Origin: Azolla caroliniana
Lineage: Eukaryota > Plantae > Polypodiophyta
Direction: 5' to 3'
Length of the DNA: 64,000 bases
Assembly (NCBI GenBank): GCA_043228905.1
Contig: JBHGNT010000011.1
Location: 21,452,001 to 21,516,000, forward strand
A program made the translations under genes and the position numbers. Within the stretch, counting starts at the first letter, position 1; each line of letters begins with the position of its first letter. The notes below the pieces were generated by a model. It was not told the origin of the DNA. It did not search any database and saw only the letters and a program-made list of their open reading frames with translations. Shown one piece after another: positions 25,768 to 40,720 of this stretch.

Positions 25768-25951
25768 AGCTATGGTGATGAGAGGGGAGGTGAGGAAAAT
25801 GTATGTATGTATGTATTGTTGGGATCAGGATTGAGGAGGAGGAGGAAGAGGAAGAGAGAGGGCCATGAGTCACGCCCCGAGCGGGGAGTGTGTTGCAATT
25901 TGATGTGTTTGCAGTGCAGAGCTTTAATGGCTTTCAGGTGGAGACGATGGC

Positions 25952-25956
<5 letters not shown>

Positions 25957-25999
<43 letters not shown>
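25957..25999. repeat. (GA)n microsatellite in the probable 5' UTR of the 722-aa gene
   Basis: Directly visible. An (AGT)n tract follows at about 26108-26138. Confidence 0.95.
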
Positions 26000-26004
<5 letters not shown>

Positions 26005-26106
26005 GTACTTCGTTTTGCCTCACAGAATTTGTCTGCCAACAAAACACTCTCTTCTTTCCCTTGAAACTCTCTGTGGTGAGGTTTTTTTTTTAGGGGGTGC
26101 TTTCTT

Positions 26107-26139
<33 letters not shown>

Positions 26140-29100
26140 ATGTAGTAGTAGCCTATATAGGATTAGGGAATGAACAAAGCTGTTGCCTAGTAACGTTGAT
26201 GATGATTTCTGAACGTCAATTATGTATGGCTTAAAATGGGTATCAACAATCCTTGGCCCTAAGGGTTCTCCCTTCTCCACCTCCACAATCTCGCATCCTC
26301 AATTGATCAATCCAAAACCCAAACATGTTGTTTGTGTAGCCCGCGTTTTCCATGCCCAATGATTTTGCGCCACAATCAATGTGGATATCAAGCCATTGTT
26401 GAGTTCCTTGTTGGTTAGCAAACGCAATACCTCCTCTTGTTAATCTTAAGGCATGCAGACACACAACCCATCGGTAAGGTTGCAATAGAGTTGTTTCTCT
26501 TTTCAGAAATTGAAGAGCATATACGAAAACAAGTTGTTAGCTCTTATAATTTGCTCAACTTAATGGGACAGAACTAGGACATTTGCATGTGTCTTGTGCA
26601 TATAACTCATTCCTAATGCTACCATGTGAAGTGAAAACAAGTTGTCAAAGGGGGCCATTGTGAATCAATAAAATTATTATTTCCTTTGTGTTTTACTTGC
26701 TTGTCTTAAGTGTAAGTTGTAGACACAACACATGCTTCTGCATATTTTGATTGATCTATGTCATCTATCACAATCATTATTTTGATTTAATCAAACTCAG
26801 TCATCTTGATACAATATATATTAATCATTCAAGAAAACTAACTCTAGGCTCTTGAAGTCAAACCAAAAAATTTCACATGATACATCTCTTCACAAAAATC
26901 AATGCATTCTGCACATTGATCAACAAAGTGAGTGCATCGTACTCAGACAAAGCTATGAAATAGAAAATGGAAAACGTAAATCTTAATCTTGCACTCATCG
27001 AAATTTAGTCTGGCAACTAGGTGGCCTCAAATCATCGTCTATCACTCACATTTGTCATGATGTGAATTCATATTGATTGAAAAGCATGTTTATAATTGCA
27101 CCAATCAAGTCCTTATGATATCATTGTAGAGCCATAACAAACATGGTTAATTAGAAAAAGACAGAGTGTTCTAGCCACCACAAACATGGTCCTTGTTCTA
27201 ACAATGTAGTTCCTCAAGTATGTTGCCTTGAATTTCGATTTTGCATTAACACTTGTTGACATATCTATCACTAAAGTCTAACTTGGAGCTTGATGTTTGT
27301 ATGTCAGACATTAATGTGGAAGAAGAAGAAAAGTCAAGATGTTTGATGCAATTCCATAAAAGGTATCCGATCACCCTTAATGTACCCACTACTTGATGTA
27401 TAATTTGTCTTTTAAGTTTCTCCTTGTATGGACATAACACAAAAAGTCACGGATGTGTAGTATTTGTGTTTTCTTTTTTTCCCAAAAAAGTATTTGTGTC
27501 TTTACTGCTCTTAAAATACATATATGTACACATCACTACTATTTGATCATCCCGCATAAAATGTTGTTGACTTGCTACATGATATGAGCCTCTTTGTTAA
27601 TTTGGAACTCCTGTTTCGATCAACAGTAAGGGTAACTTAGAAAATAGATTGCACACATATGTGGTAGGAACATTAAGGCACCATGACAAGGTTACGTGTT
27701 TTTCAACTAGGAAAGAATACCATGTCACTAGAAGACTTAGGGATGGTGGAATTAAGGTAATAAGGTAGGTAGTAGCATCCTCTATTTTGCATAAACATAC
27801 TCTTTAGAAGTTCTCACCTACCCTTTCACTTGTGTTCAAGTAGCAACGTGTTTGATTGACTTTATGTAGGCATTGTATGCATTGAATCATTCTACTTTAT
27901 TGCTCCTATAGAGCATTTGCGAGTTTGTTTATTCCTTGGAGTGACCATACATAAATGCAGACGGTATAGTACTTTTCTCCAACAAGATTTTGAGTTCTCC
28001 CAAGGATATAAAGCTACATGTATTAAAGAAGTGTTCACATTGCTCTTTATTATCCATGTAGATTATATGCTCCAATTTATCACCACTAGGTGAAAAGGGT
28101 TCAATACTTACATTCCTCTATGCACACGAAGATGTTATGCATTTAAAAGAGAGTTGGCTACTTCCGTGAGCAATCTGAACAATTAAAGTCGGCATCTTAC
28201 ATATAGGACCATCTTGTATGTAGACACAACTTGGTTATTCCTACTGTCAGAAAAATAAATGTATTCATAGAAATTGAATGATATTCATTTTCGAAATAGA
28301 TTGTGTAATTGCAGGAATGTTGGTGAGTGAACACACACATAACACATACCTATAGACGCATGCATGCATCCATTGAAATTGAATATTTACATTTCACACT
28401 TATTTTCTAGAACCAACTATTATGTTAAGACCATGTATGTGCTTAGTTTGTATTTATTTGTGATGTTGATTAATCTTCATAAACAAGAAATTTATAAACA
28501 AGTAGCATTCTTGATGGGTTAACAAGTTTTACAAGTCTTATGTTATACTCAAAACTATCTATCTTTTATGAAAAAAAAATTGTTGCACTAAAGCCGTAGA
28601 CTAAATTATAGATTTGTTCGGAGGATTTAACACTAAAAGCCATCAACTTTTAAAAGCCAACAACTTTTTTGGTACCAATGGACTTAATGGATGCCATTTC
28701 ACATGTCCATCCTCAATGTTCAAATCAATGAAGATCTTAAGGCTCAAACAATAATCTATCATTATTGAACATGAAATGAACAAAGTATGTAATATCAAAA
28801 TACCCCTTATTATATACCTCATGGGCTAATATAAACTATACCCTTGGTATTTTTCATGAAACTTTATGTTGTTCAAGATTCCTACCTTAAGACTATGAAG
28901 CAATGGAACTTAATTTTCAGATCATTAGTGCCAATAAATTGAGTATGAAATTATTATTGGTGATACCAATCATATAGTTCATAACTCCTAGCATATACAT
29001 ATGTATAGCATTAATGAAGAAGCAATAGGTATAGTAAAGATGAATGGACCCACACTTTGGAGCAAGGTGAATCATTCATATTTCCTAAAATAAGTTTATA

Positions 29101-32100
29101 TGAGCAATATAGATGGCATAACCCATTGTAAAACCCATTATATCATTGAACAAGCATGTATAATCACTATAATTAAACAAAAAATGCTTCATTATGTTCA
29201 ATGTTGCACTTTTGTTTATGAACATAATTTTTTGTTGTTCAAAGAGTGTATTCATCAAGATGATATTGTCATGTATGTCCACGAAAATAACAAGACGAAG
29301 GGTCTGTTATCCAATTTGAAAGGCGCATCCAAAAAATGTTCTCCAAGAACATTTGTTTAAGTCATGGCATTTTATGATAAAGCACATCATTTCCTACCAA
29401 ACATAGACTGATTGACAACATGATAGAAAGGGATTAAAAAACCCATATCTTCGTTCTCACATGTGAAGGGTGATTATTGAATCTAGGGTCTTAGAGTTAT
29501 TGAAGTCTACCAACCTTGTCTATTGGCCCTTGGGACTCAAGCTAAAAACCACTTTTCTTGTGACCCAAACTCGGAGTCGTCACAAGTTGTTGCCCATTGG
29601 TCCACTACATAACAAAGCTTTGTGGTTTATCATAGCGAAGAAGAGCAAATATGGGAGTTTGGGGGGGAGGGGGGGAGACTTGGAAATTTTGGTTAGATAG
29701 AGATGCAAAAGACATTTAAAAATGCTAGGGTTGAATAAATTTGTACATTCAACACTATAGGAGGATCCAATGTCATTAATGGCATATCTTTTAACTTCTA
29801 TAAAATATAGGCTTAAGTGATGCATACTACATAGGTGTATATGTATACATATATATATATACATATTAAAAAAGTATACAATGTTTGAGAAATGCTATCC
29901 GAGGGTTCAACAAAGGATAAATTGGCAAAATCCATTGCTTTTGAAGGTCCGAAAACAATTCTCCATGTTTTGAGGTGGACACACTTTAGATTAGTTTGCA
30001 TGTCATTTACAAAGTAACCCTTACATGAAAATGTAACCTCCGAATCATGGGGGCTTGGGAGGATAAACCAAGTTATGTTTGCGTCTCTCGAGAAATTCTA
30101 AACTTGTGTTTTATACAAAAGATGTATAAAAACGTATTGGTTTATGTGAGTAAGTTGTATGTTTTATCCCACTCTTTAGTTTTTATGAATCCTAAGTTCT
30201 AACTTTGCAAAGATAGGTCCACTCATTATTCAGTTATTTAGGTCTCCCTTTCTCAAAAAAAAGTTTGGTTCTAAATATTGTTTGGCTCTATAGAGACACT
30301 ATATTATTTAGTGACACCTACCGTAGAGCCTACATCCAAGATGAAAAAATAGATTTGCTTTACTCTTTTTTTATAAACGAGGACATTGATTTAGTGAATA
30401 ATTTAAACCTCTTTTTATTCAAGAAATTCCAGACTTTTATAGTGCATTGTTTTGAGAAGATTAATGTCAAAGGATTTGAAAAGCCTACTTTCTAGGATAA
30501 AAAACAATAGACCTTTTCATTAAAATAGTCTTTCTTTCTTCAAACAACGTAATGTCTTGTTTGGTTAGACTTAGTCTTCTCTCATATCTAAGGCGGAACG
30601 AGAGAGAGAGAGAGAGAGAGAGATGCAGAAGAAGAAATAAGAAATAAGAGTTCAAAGTGCAACAAATAATTATCTCATTGACAATTCAAGTGCTTTTAGA
30701 TGTGATGCACAAATACATCAAAGCCTTGGAACCCTAGAAATGACAAAAGGTAAACTCAATCCTCTTGCAATTTGCTCTCATACACCACAATGTGATCGAT
30801 ATCTTTTATTTATTTTTCTTTACCGAAAGGATACAAAGAAGGAACAATAGTTTGCTAACTTGGCTTTGTTGCCTTGACTTCTCGGGCTCAAGTCCAAGGA
30901 TGATGATGAAGATGTTTCAACATCCAAAGAGAAATGTAAGAAAGGGAGGGCTTCCTTTCTACACTCTACACAATTGTCATTTTGGGAGCTTGACCTTTTC
31001 TTCATCTTCTAAACCCCCTCTTATGATTCCTTTTAATAACTAACGGCATTCAACAAAGTGAGTTTGCTAACTCTTTGACACAACTAGCATCCCTTGTTCA
31101 ACTGTCACATGGGGTGGGGCAATGAATGTGTTAGTTCATGTAGGATAGGAAAAACTTGATCATCTCTTACATCAATGCCCCTTCATTCATGTTGCATGGG
31201 AATTAGTAGACCTAAGGTGTGATCTTCATAACCCACTCACGATTATTTTCAAAGAATGGAAGAATCAACATGATATTGGGCTTCATTGTATATATTTTTG
31301 ATTCCATTTTGCTATTGTTTGTTTTATCTTGATCGCTTTTAAGCGTAACTTTTAGACACATCACATGCTTCTTGCTATTGTAGCAATTTTTGCTTGCTCA
31401 TACAATGCTTTCAACTTTTGAATGATCTATTCTCAATCTATGCCACAAGACACTATTTTTCTTTAACCATACATGAAGCGACACATTGATGATTGATAGA
31501 GAGCATAGAAACCTTTCATTATAATTTGAAAAACTAGCTCGCATGTCATCCAAGCCAACAAAACATTTCACATCTTTTCACATTAGTAAGCTATCGACAC
31601 ACTTGTCCCTTACTAACACATATTTACATGTTCTTTACACACATAAAAATAAACCTTAATCTTGCATATGCCAATTGTAACCATGATGGCGGGCTTTTCA
31701 AATTTGTCATAAGTTGAATTCTTATCTAAGCTTAATATATGTGATAGTTCTCTAAATATGATTATTGCAAAGTTCTCTTGAATAAACTTACACGAGCTTT
31801 GGAGTTGCTTCTAGGAATGGGTACAAAGTAAATTTTCTATGTTATATAACATATCTAAGCATAAAAAAACCCTACTTCATATAGAGAACTTTCGTTCACT
31901 CTTGATCAAATGAAATGTTGGAATCGGGACAATTCTATGCAGGTTTTTTTATTTTTATTTTCTTAGTTCTCTTTTCAGACATAATTTATGGTTAGAGTCT
32001 AGAGTCCTCACTTCAAATTCATACGCACCATGTGGAAAAGGTTCGATAATTTCATTCCTATATGAATAAGGTTGTCTTTTTGTATTAAAAAACTGTGTTC

Positions 32101-32271
32101 ACTACATTTTTAAGCCATTAAACAATCACACCACTATCACGAAACTCAATATTAATGAATTCTGCTTACATATAAGCCCATGGATATGTCAAATGGTTTC
32201 ACAGAAATCCAGTAAATTTCACGTTTGTGATATAATAGCTAGATACATGTATGATCATGAGGACAAACATA

Positions 32272-32484
32272 ACACCATATGGCCACTGCTTTTAGGTATA
32301 GGTATCTACTTACTTTAGGTAGTCAGTTTGAAAAACTATGTAAGTAGTCTCATTTTCTTGATCTTGATCGGAGGGAGATTCCCCGTTTTGTGTATAAGCT
32401 TCCTTGTATAGTCTCCTTGTAATAATCCTTCCTAACTAATGGGAAAGTAGCTTTATTTTGGAAAAAAAACACACCATATGGCCA
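32272..32484 (+). mobile_element. Short retroposed insertion (LINE 3' end or SINE) with 14 bp target-site duplication
   Basis: acaccatatggcca at 32272-32285 and 32471-32484 flanks a 185 bp insert that ends in an A-rich tail. Confidence 0.75.
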
Positions 32485-34939
32485 TAAATTCCATACATGC
32501 ATCAGCTACACATAAACGTGAAACTTGTGAGAAAATACATTTCCATTTCTCTTAGCTATAAATGTGATAGTGTAATAACAAATTGACATTGTTGAGTAGA
32601 AGACAAGAATATGTGAGAAATTCTTGCTAGCATGTATGAACATCCAAACACAAAAGGTGTCCAAAAGTTTTACGTTGCTACCAAGGAACAAGTTTTATTA
32701 GGTTGTACCTATGATGGAAAAAGAGCATATATAGTATTGAAATTACCAATCTTAAAATAGTCAGTATTAAAATACAGCTCTAGGATATTTATAAAGACTA
32801 ATAGACAAGTGTAAATTCTTTAGTGAATTCACAAATGTAAAATCCATGTTTGACTGAAATCTACATGTGTCTCATATATTGTATTCATTCTTTTTCTAAT
32901 TAAGTGTTTATACGAAAAGCCATTGAGAAAATTGTATCAATTGAGGCAATCAATCACATTGGAAATCCAAGTAGCATTGTGTAAAATAACTAATATCTAA
33001 TTCTTGGAGAATGGCTACATATCGTCATCATCGCCCATGGATGTGATAGGATAGTAGATCATTAGACTGGATCCCAATCAAAGGAATATTAGATCTATCG
33101 ACTTATCAATATAGCCAAAGTGTACTCGATTATGGTCACATATCGTGTTAGGTGACATTTGTGTCATAAACACTCTTATCTATTTATTTATTTTGTGTCT
33201 CTTAAAAAATGTTAATGTTTAGTCTAATTGTATTTAAAATTTGAAGAAATAAGTTAGGAAAAACTGATTGTTTATGTAGTCCTAAGTGTGTAGCTACATT
33301 TTTTTTATCAAGGTAACTACTAATCTAAGATACCTATACATTTTTCCGAGAACAATTCATTCTATATATATAACAAAGTTGATTTAATCAAATTTATAAT
33401 GTTGTAACTTCTATAACCACCATTGGCCATAGACCCCAAAAATTAATAACATGCAATCTACCGCACAACCTCATATTCAACATGCTCAGCTCATGGATAA
33501 ACCAAAGGTACAAACTCAAGGCACTAAGGAAAACTTGTGTAGTAAGCAATTGAATCAGAATATTAAAATTGTATATAAATTCATGGTTGATGCAATATCT
33601 TACTATTGCGTTTTTAAACCAACATATATACATCATAAAATACTTTAAAATTATACAAACTTCACCTTGATGAATCTAAAAGAACGTTTGGTTTCAAACA
33701 ACAAGGTTTTCCTTATGTCAATGTTAGATTATTTTCTCCTAGATCGACAACATAAAATGGGCAACAAAGCCAGATGTAGATAATAGAATATCAATTGAGA
33801 AGACATCATGTGCTAAAACATTGTCTCTATACATCAAACAAGGAACTTTAGACCGAGACTTAGCCACAAATGATTGTTAATAGATTCACAAGTTTCCCCA
33901 AGTGAAAATGCATGACTTCAATCAGACGCAACATTAAAGTTGGAGATTCAAGCCCCACGATTTGCATTTGATCTTGAATTTGTCATAAAACCTCTTGATA
34001 AAATTAGCTTGAGATCACCAACACAAATTCTCCATGTCATATCACCCACAAAAACCTACGTGTAACAAATCCATACATGTTTAACATAGACTAAGTCATT
34101 GGACATACACATAGAAATACATTACACCAAAAAACAACATGATTTGACTAGTCTTGAGAAAAACCCTCAGTACTTTGATGAACAATATCACTTGGGATGC
34201 TCCCTAAACCCTAAAGATACATACACACATTGTCATGCCAATTTGCCAAATCCGTACTTATTTGACAAATTTGTTTTATTTATAGTCAATTGTGTCAATA
34301 AAGATTGTTGTGGTTTTGACCAAATTTCAATGTCAAATATGATGAATTTTTTTTTATGATTAGAATTGAATTTGCTTATTAGATCCCGTAACAATTTGGT
34401 TCTCTCGCTTGAAACATTTTGATCTTCATAAAAAAATGCCTCAAAGATAGTGAGAGATCTATTGGATCATGTTATTAGACAAGGCTTTGGATATTAGGCT
34501 TTAGCATAAAATTTTACACTTTTGGGTACAACTATTGACATTTCTAATAAGGGAACCTTACATATATCCCAACTACAGAGAAACGAGACTAAACAATACA
34601 TATCGTAAGAACAAATGGTGCACATATTATAGAAGATATTCTTTATTATAAATGTGTTAGAAGACAATTTCCGAAAAACGCAAAATAAAATATAGGGGTA
34701 TACTATTTGAGCTTGTACAATATGTCAACCAAATGTCCATTTAATTGTTAGGATTATAACATCTCTTTTGCATCATCGCATAATCATTCACAATTTCCAA
34801 GTTAGAATATGTACACATCTAAAAGGTTGCACATTTAAAATTATTGTCTTTGACCTCTTGAATGTTAGATAGATGTTCCGAACGCACTATAATCAATTGA
34901 TCATTTTTCATGTATACTTTTTCAGAAGTATTTGAGTTA

Positions 34940-35327
34940 CACATTATATATAAGAACTTTTAGACAATTCACTTTATTAAGTTTTTAAACATCAATCCAA
35001 AGAGAAATATCAGAAAAGTCTTCGAGAGGGAGATTAGATATATTATCACCATCCATGGGAGACTCACATGACGTATGTGATGTGGTCATAGTCTCTCCCA
35101 ACCTCATGTGATGGTTTAACCAAGATATTTACTCACATTATATATAAGAACTTTTAGACAATTCACTTTATTAAGTTCTTAAACATCAATCCAAAGAGAA
35201 ATATCAGAAAAGTCTTTGAGAGGGAGATTAGATATATTATCACCATCCATGGGAGACTCACATGACGAATGGGATGTGGTCATAGTCTCTCCCAACCTCA
35301 TGTGATGGTTTAACCAAGATATTTACT
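34940..35327. repeat. 194 bp tandem duplication specific to unit A
   Basis: cacattatatataagaacttttagac... starts at 34940 and 35134. Unit B has a single copy (about 40058-40254). Confidence 0.92.
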
Positions 35328-35900
35328 CAAGGAACTTCATCAATACTGTGTTTGGCATACTTGTCACTAGAAGGATGCGATTGACGGTGATCTTCCAACA
35401 TATCAAGTGACCTCGTGAATCTGTATCTTTAGTGTTGTATAACAATACTATTTTTGACAAGAGAGATGCATAAAAGGGAGATGGCATGCAATGTAGAGTA
35501 GTGGACATGGTGGCATTTGAACCCAAGCATGTCATGTATGGGTTAGTAAAAACATGGCTTGGCTTACCAATAGCATACATCACATTCACTAATAGAATGA
35601 ACATTTTTTATTTTTTCCCGAAAATAAAGACTTAAGAATTTATTTATACACATCCATGTGCGTTAATAATTGGGATACACGTGCCCAAACAAGACAATAA
35701 GCTTTTATCTTTATTTAATTAGTTAAGACATTGTGCAGACCATAAACCATAACCATAGATTCTATAATACATGTGTAGGAGGTGTTCATGCGGCATGTTT
35801 TCATTAGTTATTTTGAATAATATGCTTAACATTGAGCATTAAGCTACTTTTTATGGCTTTATCATTATATTATAGTCTTTCGGAAGAGTTTTGGAGGTTC

Positions 35901-37731
35901 TCAACTTTTCAGGAGCACTTTGCCACCCCTTCCTACTTCTTCTGACTTTTGAATAGCAAGCTTGAAATCTGAAAAATCAAATACTGCCCCAGTGAATGGC
36001 TCTAAGACTTTGGACTCAAGAAGCTTCCAAACTTCTTTAACGCATTCATTGCGTTTTTCTTCAACACCCCAGTACTCAGAGAGAACCCAACCGGTCACAT
36101 GAACTTTTCTGAAAAGGTCATTTATACCTATAACCGCTTCGTATCCCGAAAGCACGCCATACACAAAGACTTGACCTCCACTTCTTGTGCTTGCAAGAAC
36201 ACTCTACCCACGGAAGAAATGCAACAAAATTAAAGAAAAAACATTCCATCCCCATTTTCAATATGTGTTAAAACGCATAACGAATATATAATAACATATG
36301 CTTTTGCGGAAAACATACCTTTGTCAATACACCACCAACACAATCAAGGGATCCGTATGCAAGTTTCCTGCCTGTTATTTCTTTCACCCTAGCAACAATA
36401 TCTGATTATCAATGGACGACAGCATCCGTTCAGAACAAAAAAATAAATTAGAAACTCTCTATATGTTCCTTCAACTCTAGACAATCAAGAGCACATGATT
36501 TTCACTTAAGAGTTTCACCTTCTGTTGTAGAGCAAATCACCTCGTCCGCACCAAGCAATCTCAGTTCCTCTATTTGCTCTGGACGTCTCACTACATTGAT
36601 GGTCCTAATACCCCAGTGTTTAGCGAGTTGTATTACCTGCCTATAAAATATACCAAGCACATCACGCAAAAAAGCATTTTCACTGTCCTAATGAACACGA
36701 TTTGAGATTTCTGTAAATTTCCAGTATTTTAAATAGCACACTGAGGCTTGGTCCTAAATAAAGTCAAAATTTTCTTTATTTCCTTCCTCCAATGTCCCTG
36801 ATTTTCTGTCAAGTTACCTTTCAAGATGAAAGGAAGGCAAAACGGGATGCATTGAGTTTGTCATTGCTTGAATACCACATATAATTAAGAAAATGTATAT
36901 GAATCGACCATATAATATATAAGTGCTCTCGGCCAAGGGCATTTGGGGACGAAGGAAAACTTGGATACTCAAGGATAATACGAAAAACTAAGGATATTTA
37001 CCTTCCTAGGACAGACCCAGCAGCCGTCTGAAGAATATACTCTCCTCTAGGCACAGCAAGATCCTTCAGCAAACCATAAACGGTCCATGGATTGATGATG
37101 AATTGAGAAGCTACTTCATCTGGTATGGAATCCGGAACAGGGGCAAGCATGTTCTCCTTGACAGATAAATATTCTTGCCATGACCCCCCACCTCCATGCG
37201 GCAGGCTATCCCACATAAAAGGCACTACACGATCTCCCGGTTTGAATCCTTGTACACCTTCTCCAATCTACAAGATATCATGGCACCAAAAAGAAAGATC
37301 ACTTATGATTAGCTTCAATTATATGATGGACCTGAGTTTTTAGGCAAAACATTGCTAATCATTTGGGTATTGTACCAAAAAGGCCCTCTTAGTAGTAAAT
37401 TTTGTACTACAAAGAGGTATTATTGTCAAGGTTTTTACAAAGAGGTACTACAAGGAGGTATTATGGTAAATTTTGGAAATTCAAGAGTTTTTCGGAAATT
37501 TACCTTATGAATGATTCCATATCCTTCTGAACCAGGAACAATTGGTTGGTTTGTATACTCAGCAAACCTTCCAGTGCGGATGGCAATAAGATCAGTCGGG
37601 TTGATAGGTCGAAGTTTAATTTGAACAACAATATGTCCTGGTTCAGCATCTGGTATTGGTCTTTCTACCAGTTTTAAGGTGCCCTCTGGTTCCTCCTTAT
37701 TGAAACCATCTTGTACAATGGCCCTATACAT
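35901..37731 (-). CDS. MDR-superfamily Zn-independent NAD(P)H oxidoreductase (enoyl-thioester-reductase-like), copy A, 333 aa; exons 37731-37504, 37267-37002, 36640-36519, 36401-36319, 36203-35901
   Basis: Motifs PINPTD, PGSEGYG, GSWQEY, INPWT, LQTAAGSVLGRQVIQLAK, LGADEVI, GRGGKVLL. GT-AG introns give an intact 1002 nt CDS. Confidence 0.92.
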
Positions 37732-40720
37732 TGTTTATTCAATTCTCTATGCGCTGCAATAAAGAGGGAAAAGAAATTCAATTTCCATTTTTCACAAACT
37801 AAGAAAATTTAACATAGAAAAGAAAAACCACAAAGAAAAGAGAATTTACAATAGAAAAGAAAGGATTACAGAATCAACGGTGTGATCAATCCTTCATAGG
37901 ACTTCAATCAAGGATCCTTGTTAGTGAAAGAAAAAGTTAAGCCTCCAATGAAGTGATCCAAGAATTGATGGTGTGATGAATCCTTTATAATTTTGGTAAC
38001 AAGTCATGCACATTCACTTTGACAACTCTTTAACTGGATTAGTTAGCGCATTACTAACTTCTTTTATATGCATAGTTATTCACATCATAGAGCATTTTTT
38101 CCTGTGAAATGTGGGCAAGACTCACATTCAAAACTCTTTTCCCTTGTTTAAACCACAAGAATGTGTATGTTTTTTCTACATAAAACTAGGTTTCTCAACC
38201 TCATATTCCTAAAATTTTAATAGGAAAACTTTAGTATAGTGCGAATTTCGATTGTATTTTCAGTCAAAGCCTTTATTGATCTCATACAAGTGCTTAAATC
38301 TACTCATTTTGGGGTTAAACAAGAATCAAGCCTGAAACATGTTCAAAGCTTTTCAAAAGTGAATGACAAATTGACTATATGCAAATTATTATGTGTACTA
38401 GGTAGTTTGGAGTCATTATTAGCCAACACGTTTGAGGGTCTATATTGAAAATCGACACTTCAACAGTTGCATGGAAACCTTAGTTTTGGGCTTCAAATAT
38501 GAGCACACAGATGAAACAGTCCAATCCATATCAGCATCTTATGCAATGCTACTTAAAAGTGATAATCGTATAAATCAATGGTCCACTTCGTAAAAAAATA
38601 AAACGTTAATTTATCTGTGCTCTTGTGTACTTATACTAAATATATTGTCACCATATTCAAGCTCTCATTTCCTCGCTTCAATTTTGGAGTTGGAAATGAA
38701 TGAAAATAGTGGTGGTACATCACAAAGATATAATTTGATATGAGCAACAAGCAACAACACAAACAGAATGCAAAAAGAAGAGGGGTAAAAGAAAACTAAA
38801 ACATTGCAGGGGCAGAGCTTTACCTATCGTAAAGAAGATTGGGAAGGTAAGCAAGTTCCACATGGAAAGAAAGGCATCGAGAGGTGTATATGTATGTGTG
38901 TGTATGTATGGATACGTGCGGGGCACGGTGTTGAACGTAATTTTTCATGTGGTCTCAATTAATAGGGTTTTGGTTTATGTGTGGCCAAATAAATGACTAG
39001 TATATGTATACATATACATGCGTGGGGATCGGGTTTTGAACGCAATTTTTCTGATGTTCACATGGTTATAACTTATACATCTAATAGGGTTTTGGTTTTA
39101 TGTATGGCTATATAAACGACCAAGTTCAATGTATGGTTCCCCTCAAACTATGATGGAAGGCATGTTCCTATGCATGAGAATGGCCAATGCAAAGGATAGA
39201 GTGGTGGGTGATCAATTGTGGGATTCAAACAATTTAGTAAGAGGCGGTTTGAGCTACAATCGATACCTTTTGAGTCACCTCTTGCCTTGAGTCCCATCCT
39301 CTTTGTGTATTAGTTCCTTAGAGATTGGAGTTGCTCTTGACTCCTTGTTTACCCAATGACCATGTCCTATTTCATGTGTTCATCACCAGTGGGCTTGTAA
39401 ACTTCTCTATCACTCATGCAACTCATTCACATCTTGGAGAGGCCATCCAAATCAACCTTATTTGATCTATATCAATTTAACACTTTCATTTGTTGCATCA
39501 AAAGTTGCCTCATATTCATCTCATACATCTAAATCAAACTTTATTAATTAGTGCCCATATGTTTAACTTGTTTTGTCACCCCCTTGTGATATCGTCACCC
39601 ACTACTTTGCCATGCCAATATTTGATAATGTGGTTTGCTTTGTACATGCGCTTCTTACATTTAATTATGGATTACGAATTGCATCGAACACTAAGTGCAT
39701 GATTTATTTGCACTCATTAACATTTCTATAGCCGGAGAAAAGTTTATTTGGCAATCACAAAGGGGTAGACTAACAATTACACTTGCCATTGGATTCTTGG
39801 AATGAAAGAATGGAACTTGTCCACTTTGATTCAGTTGTGTATTCTATCTGAGCTTGTATGAGATGCCAACCAGATGTCCATGTCCACATAATCATTAGCA
39901 ATTTCTAAGTTACAATATGTACACATTTAAAAGGTTACGTATTGATGTAACTTATTTCTTTCGCCTATTGAATGTTAGATGGATGTTCCAAACACATTAC
40001 AATCAACCCATCTTTTTTCATGTGTACTTTTTAAGAAGTCTGAAATATTGAAGTTACACATTACATATATAAGAACTTCTAGACAATCTACATTATTAAG
40101 CTCTTAAAGATCAATCCAAAGATCAATCTCAAAAAAGTCTATGAGAGTGAGATTAGATAAATTATTACCATCCATGGTAGACTAACATCATCTATGGGAT
40201 GCGATTATTGCCTCAACCCACTCCATGTGATGGTTTAACCAAGATATTTACTCAAGGAAATTCATCAATACCTTGTTGAACATACTAGCCACTAGAATAT
40301 GATTACCAATGAGCTTTCCAATATATCAAGTGACCTCATGAACATTTATCTTTAGTGTTGTATAACAACTCTTTTTCACTAGAGAGATGCATAAACGGGA
40401 GATGACATCCAAGGAAGAGTAGTGGACATGGTAACATTTGAACTCAAGCATGTCATGTATGGGTTAGAAAAGACATGGCTGACCATTCGCATACATCACT
40501 AATAGAATAAAATTTTGATTTATACACATCCATGTATGTACTACTAATTGGGATGCGCGTGCACAAACAAGACAATAAGCTTTTACCTTCATTAAATTAG
40601 TTAAGACATTGTGCAAACTATAAAACATAACCATCTCTTCTATAATAAACTTAACATTCAGCATGAAGGTACCTTTGCATTACTTTAACATAATAGTCTT
40701 TCGGAAAAAATTGGTGTTTT

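Noticed and set aside
23798-26173. Multiple overlapping and antisense ORFs over the 722-aa gene
   Set aside because: They are by-products of GC-rich trinucleotide and (GA)n repeats.
26900-31800. Possible Mutator or hAT transposase remnants on the minus strand
   Set aside because: There are only vague peptide resemblances (e.g. FLDAPFKLDNRPFVLLF), which is not supportable without a profile search.
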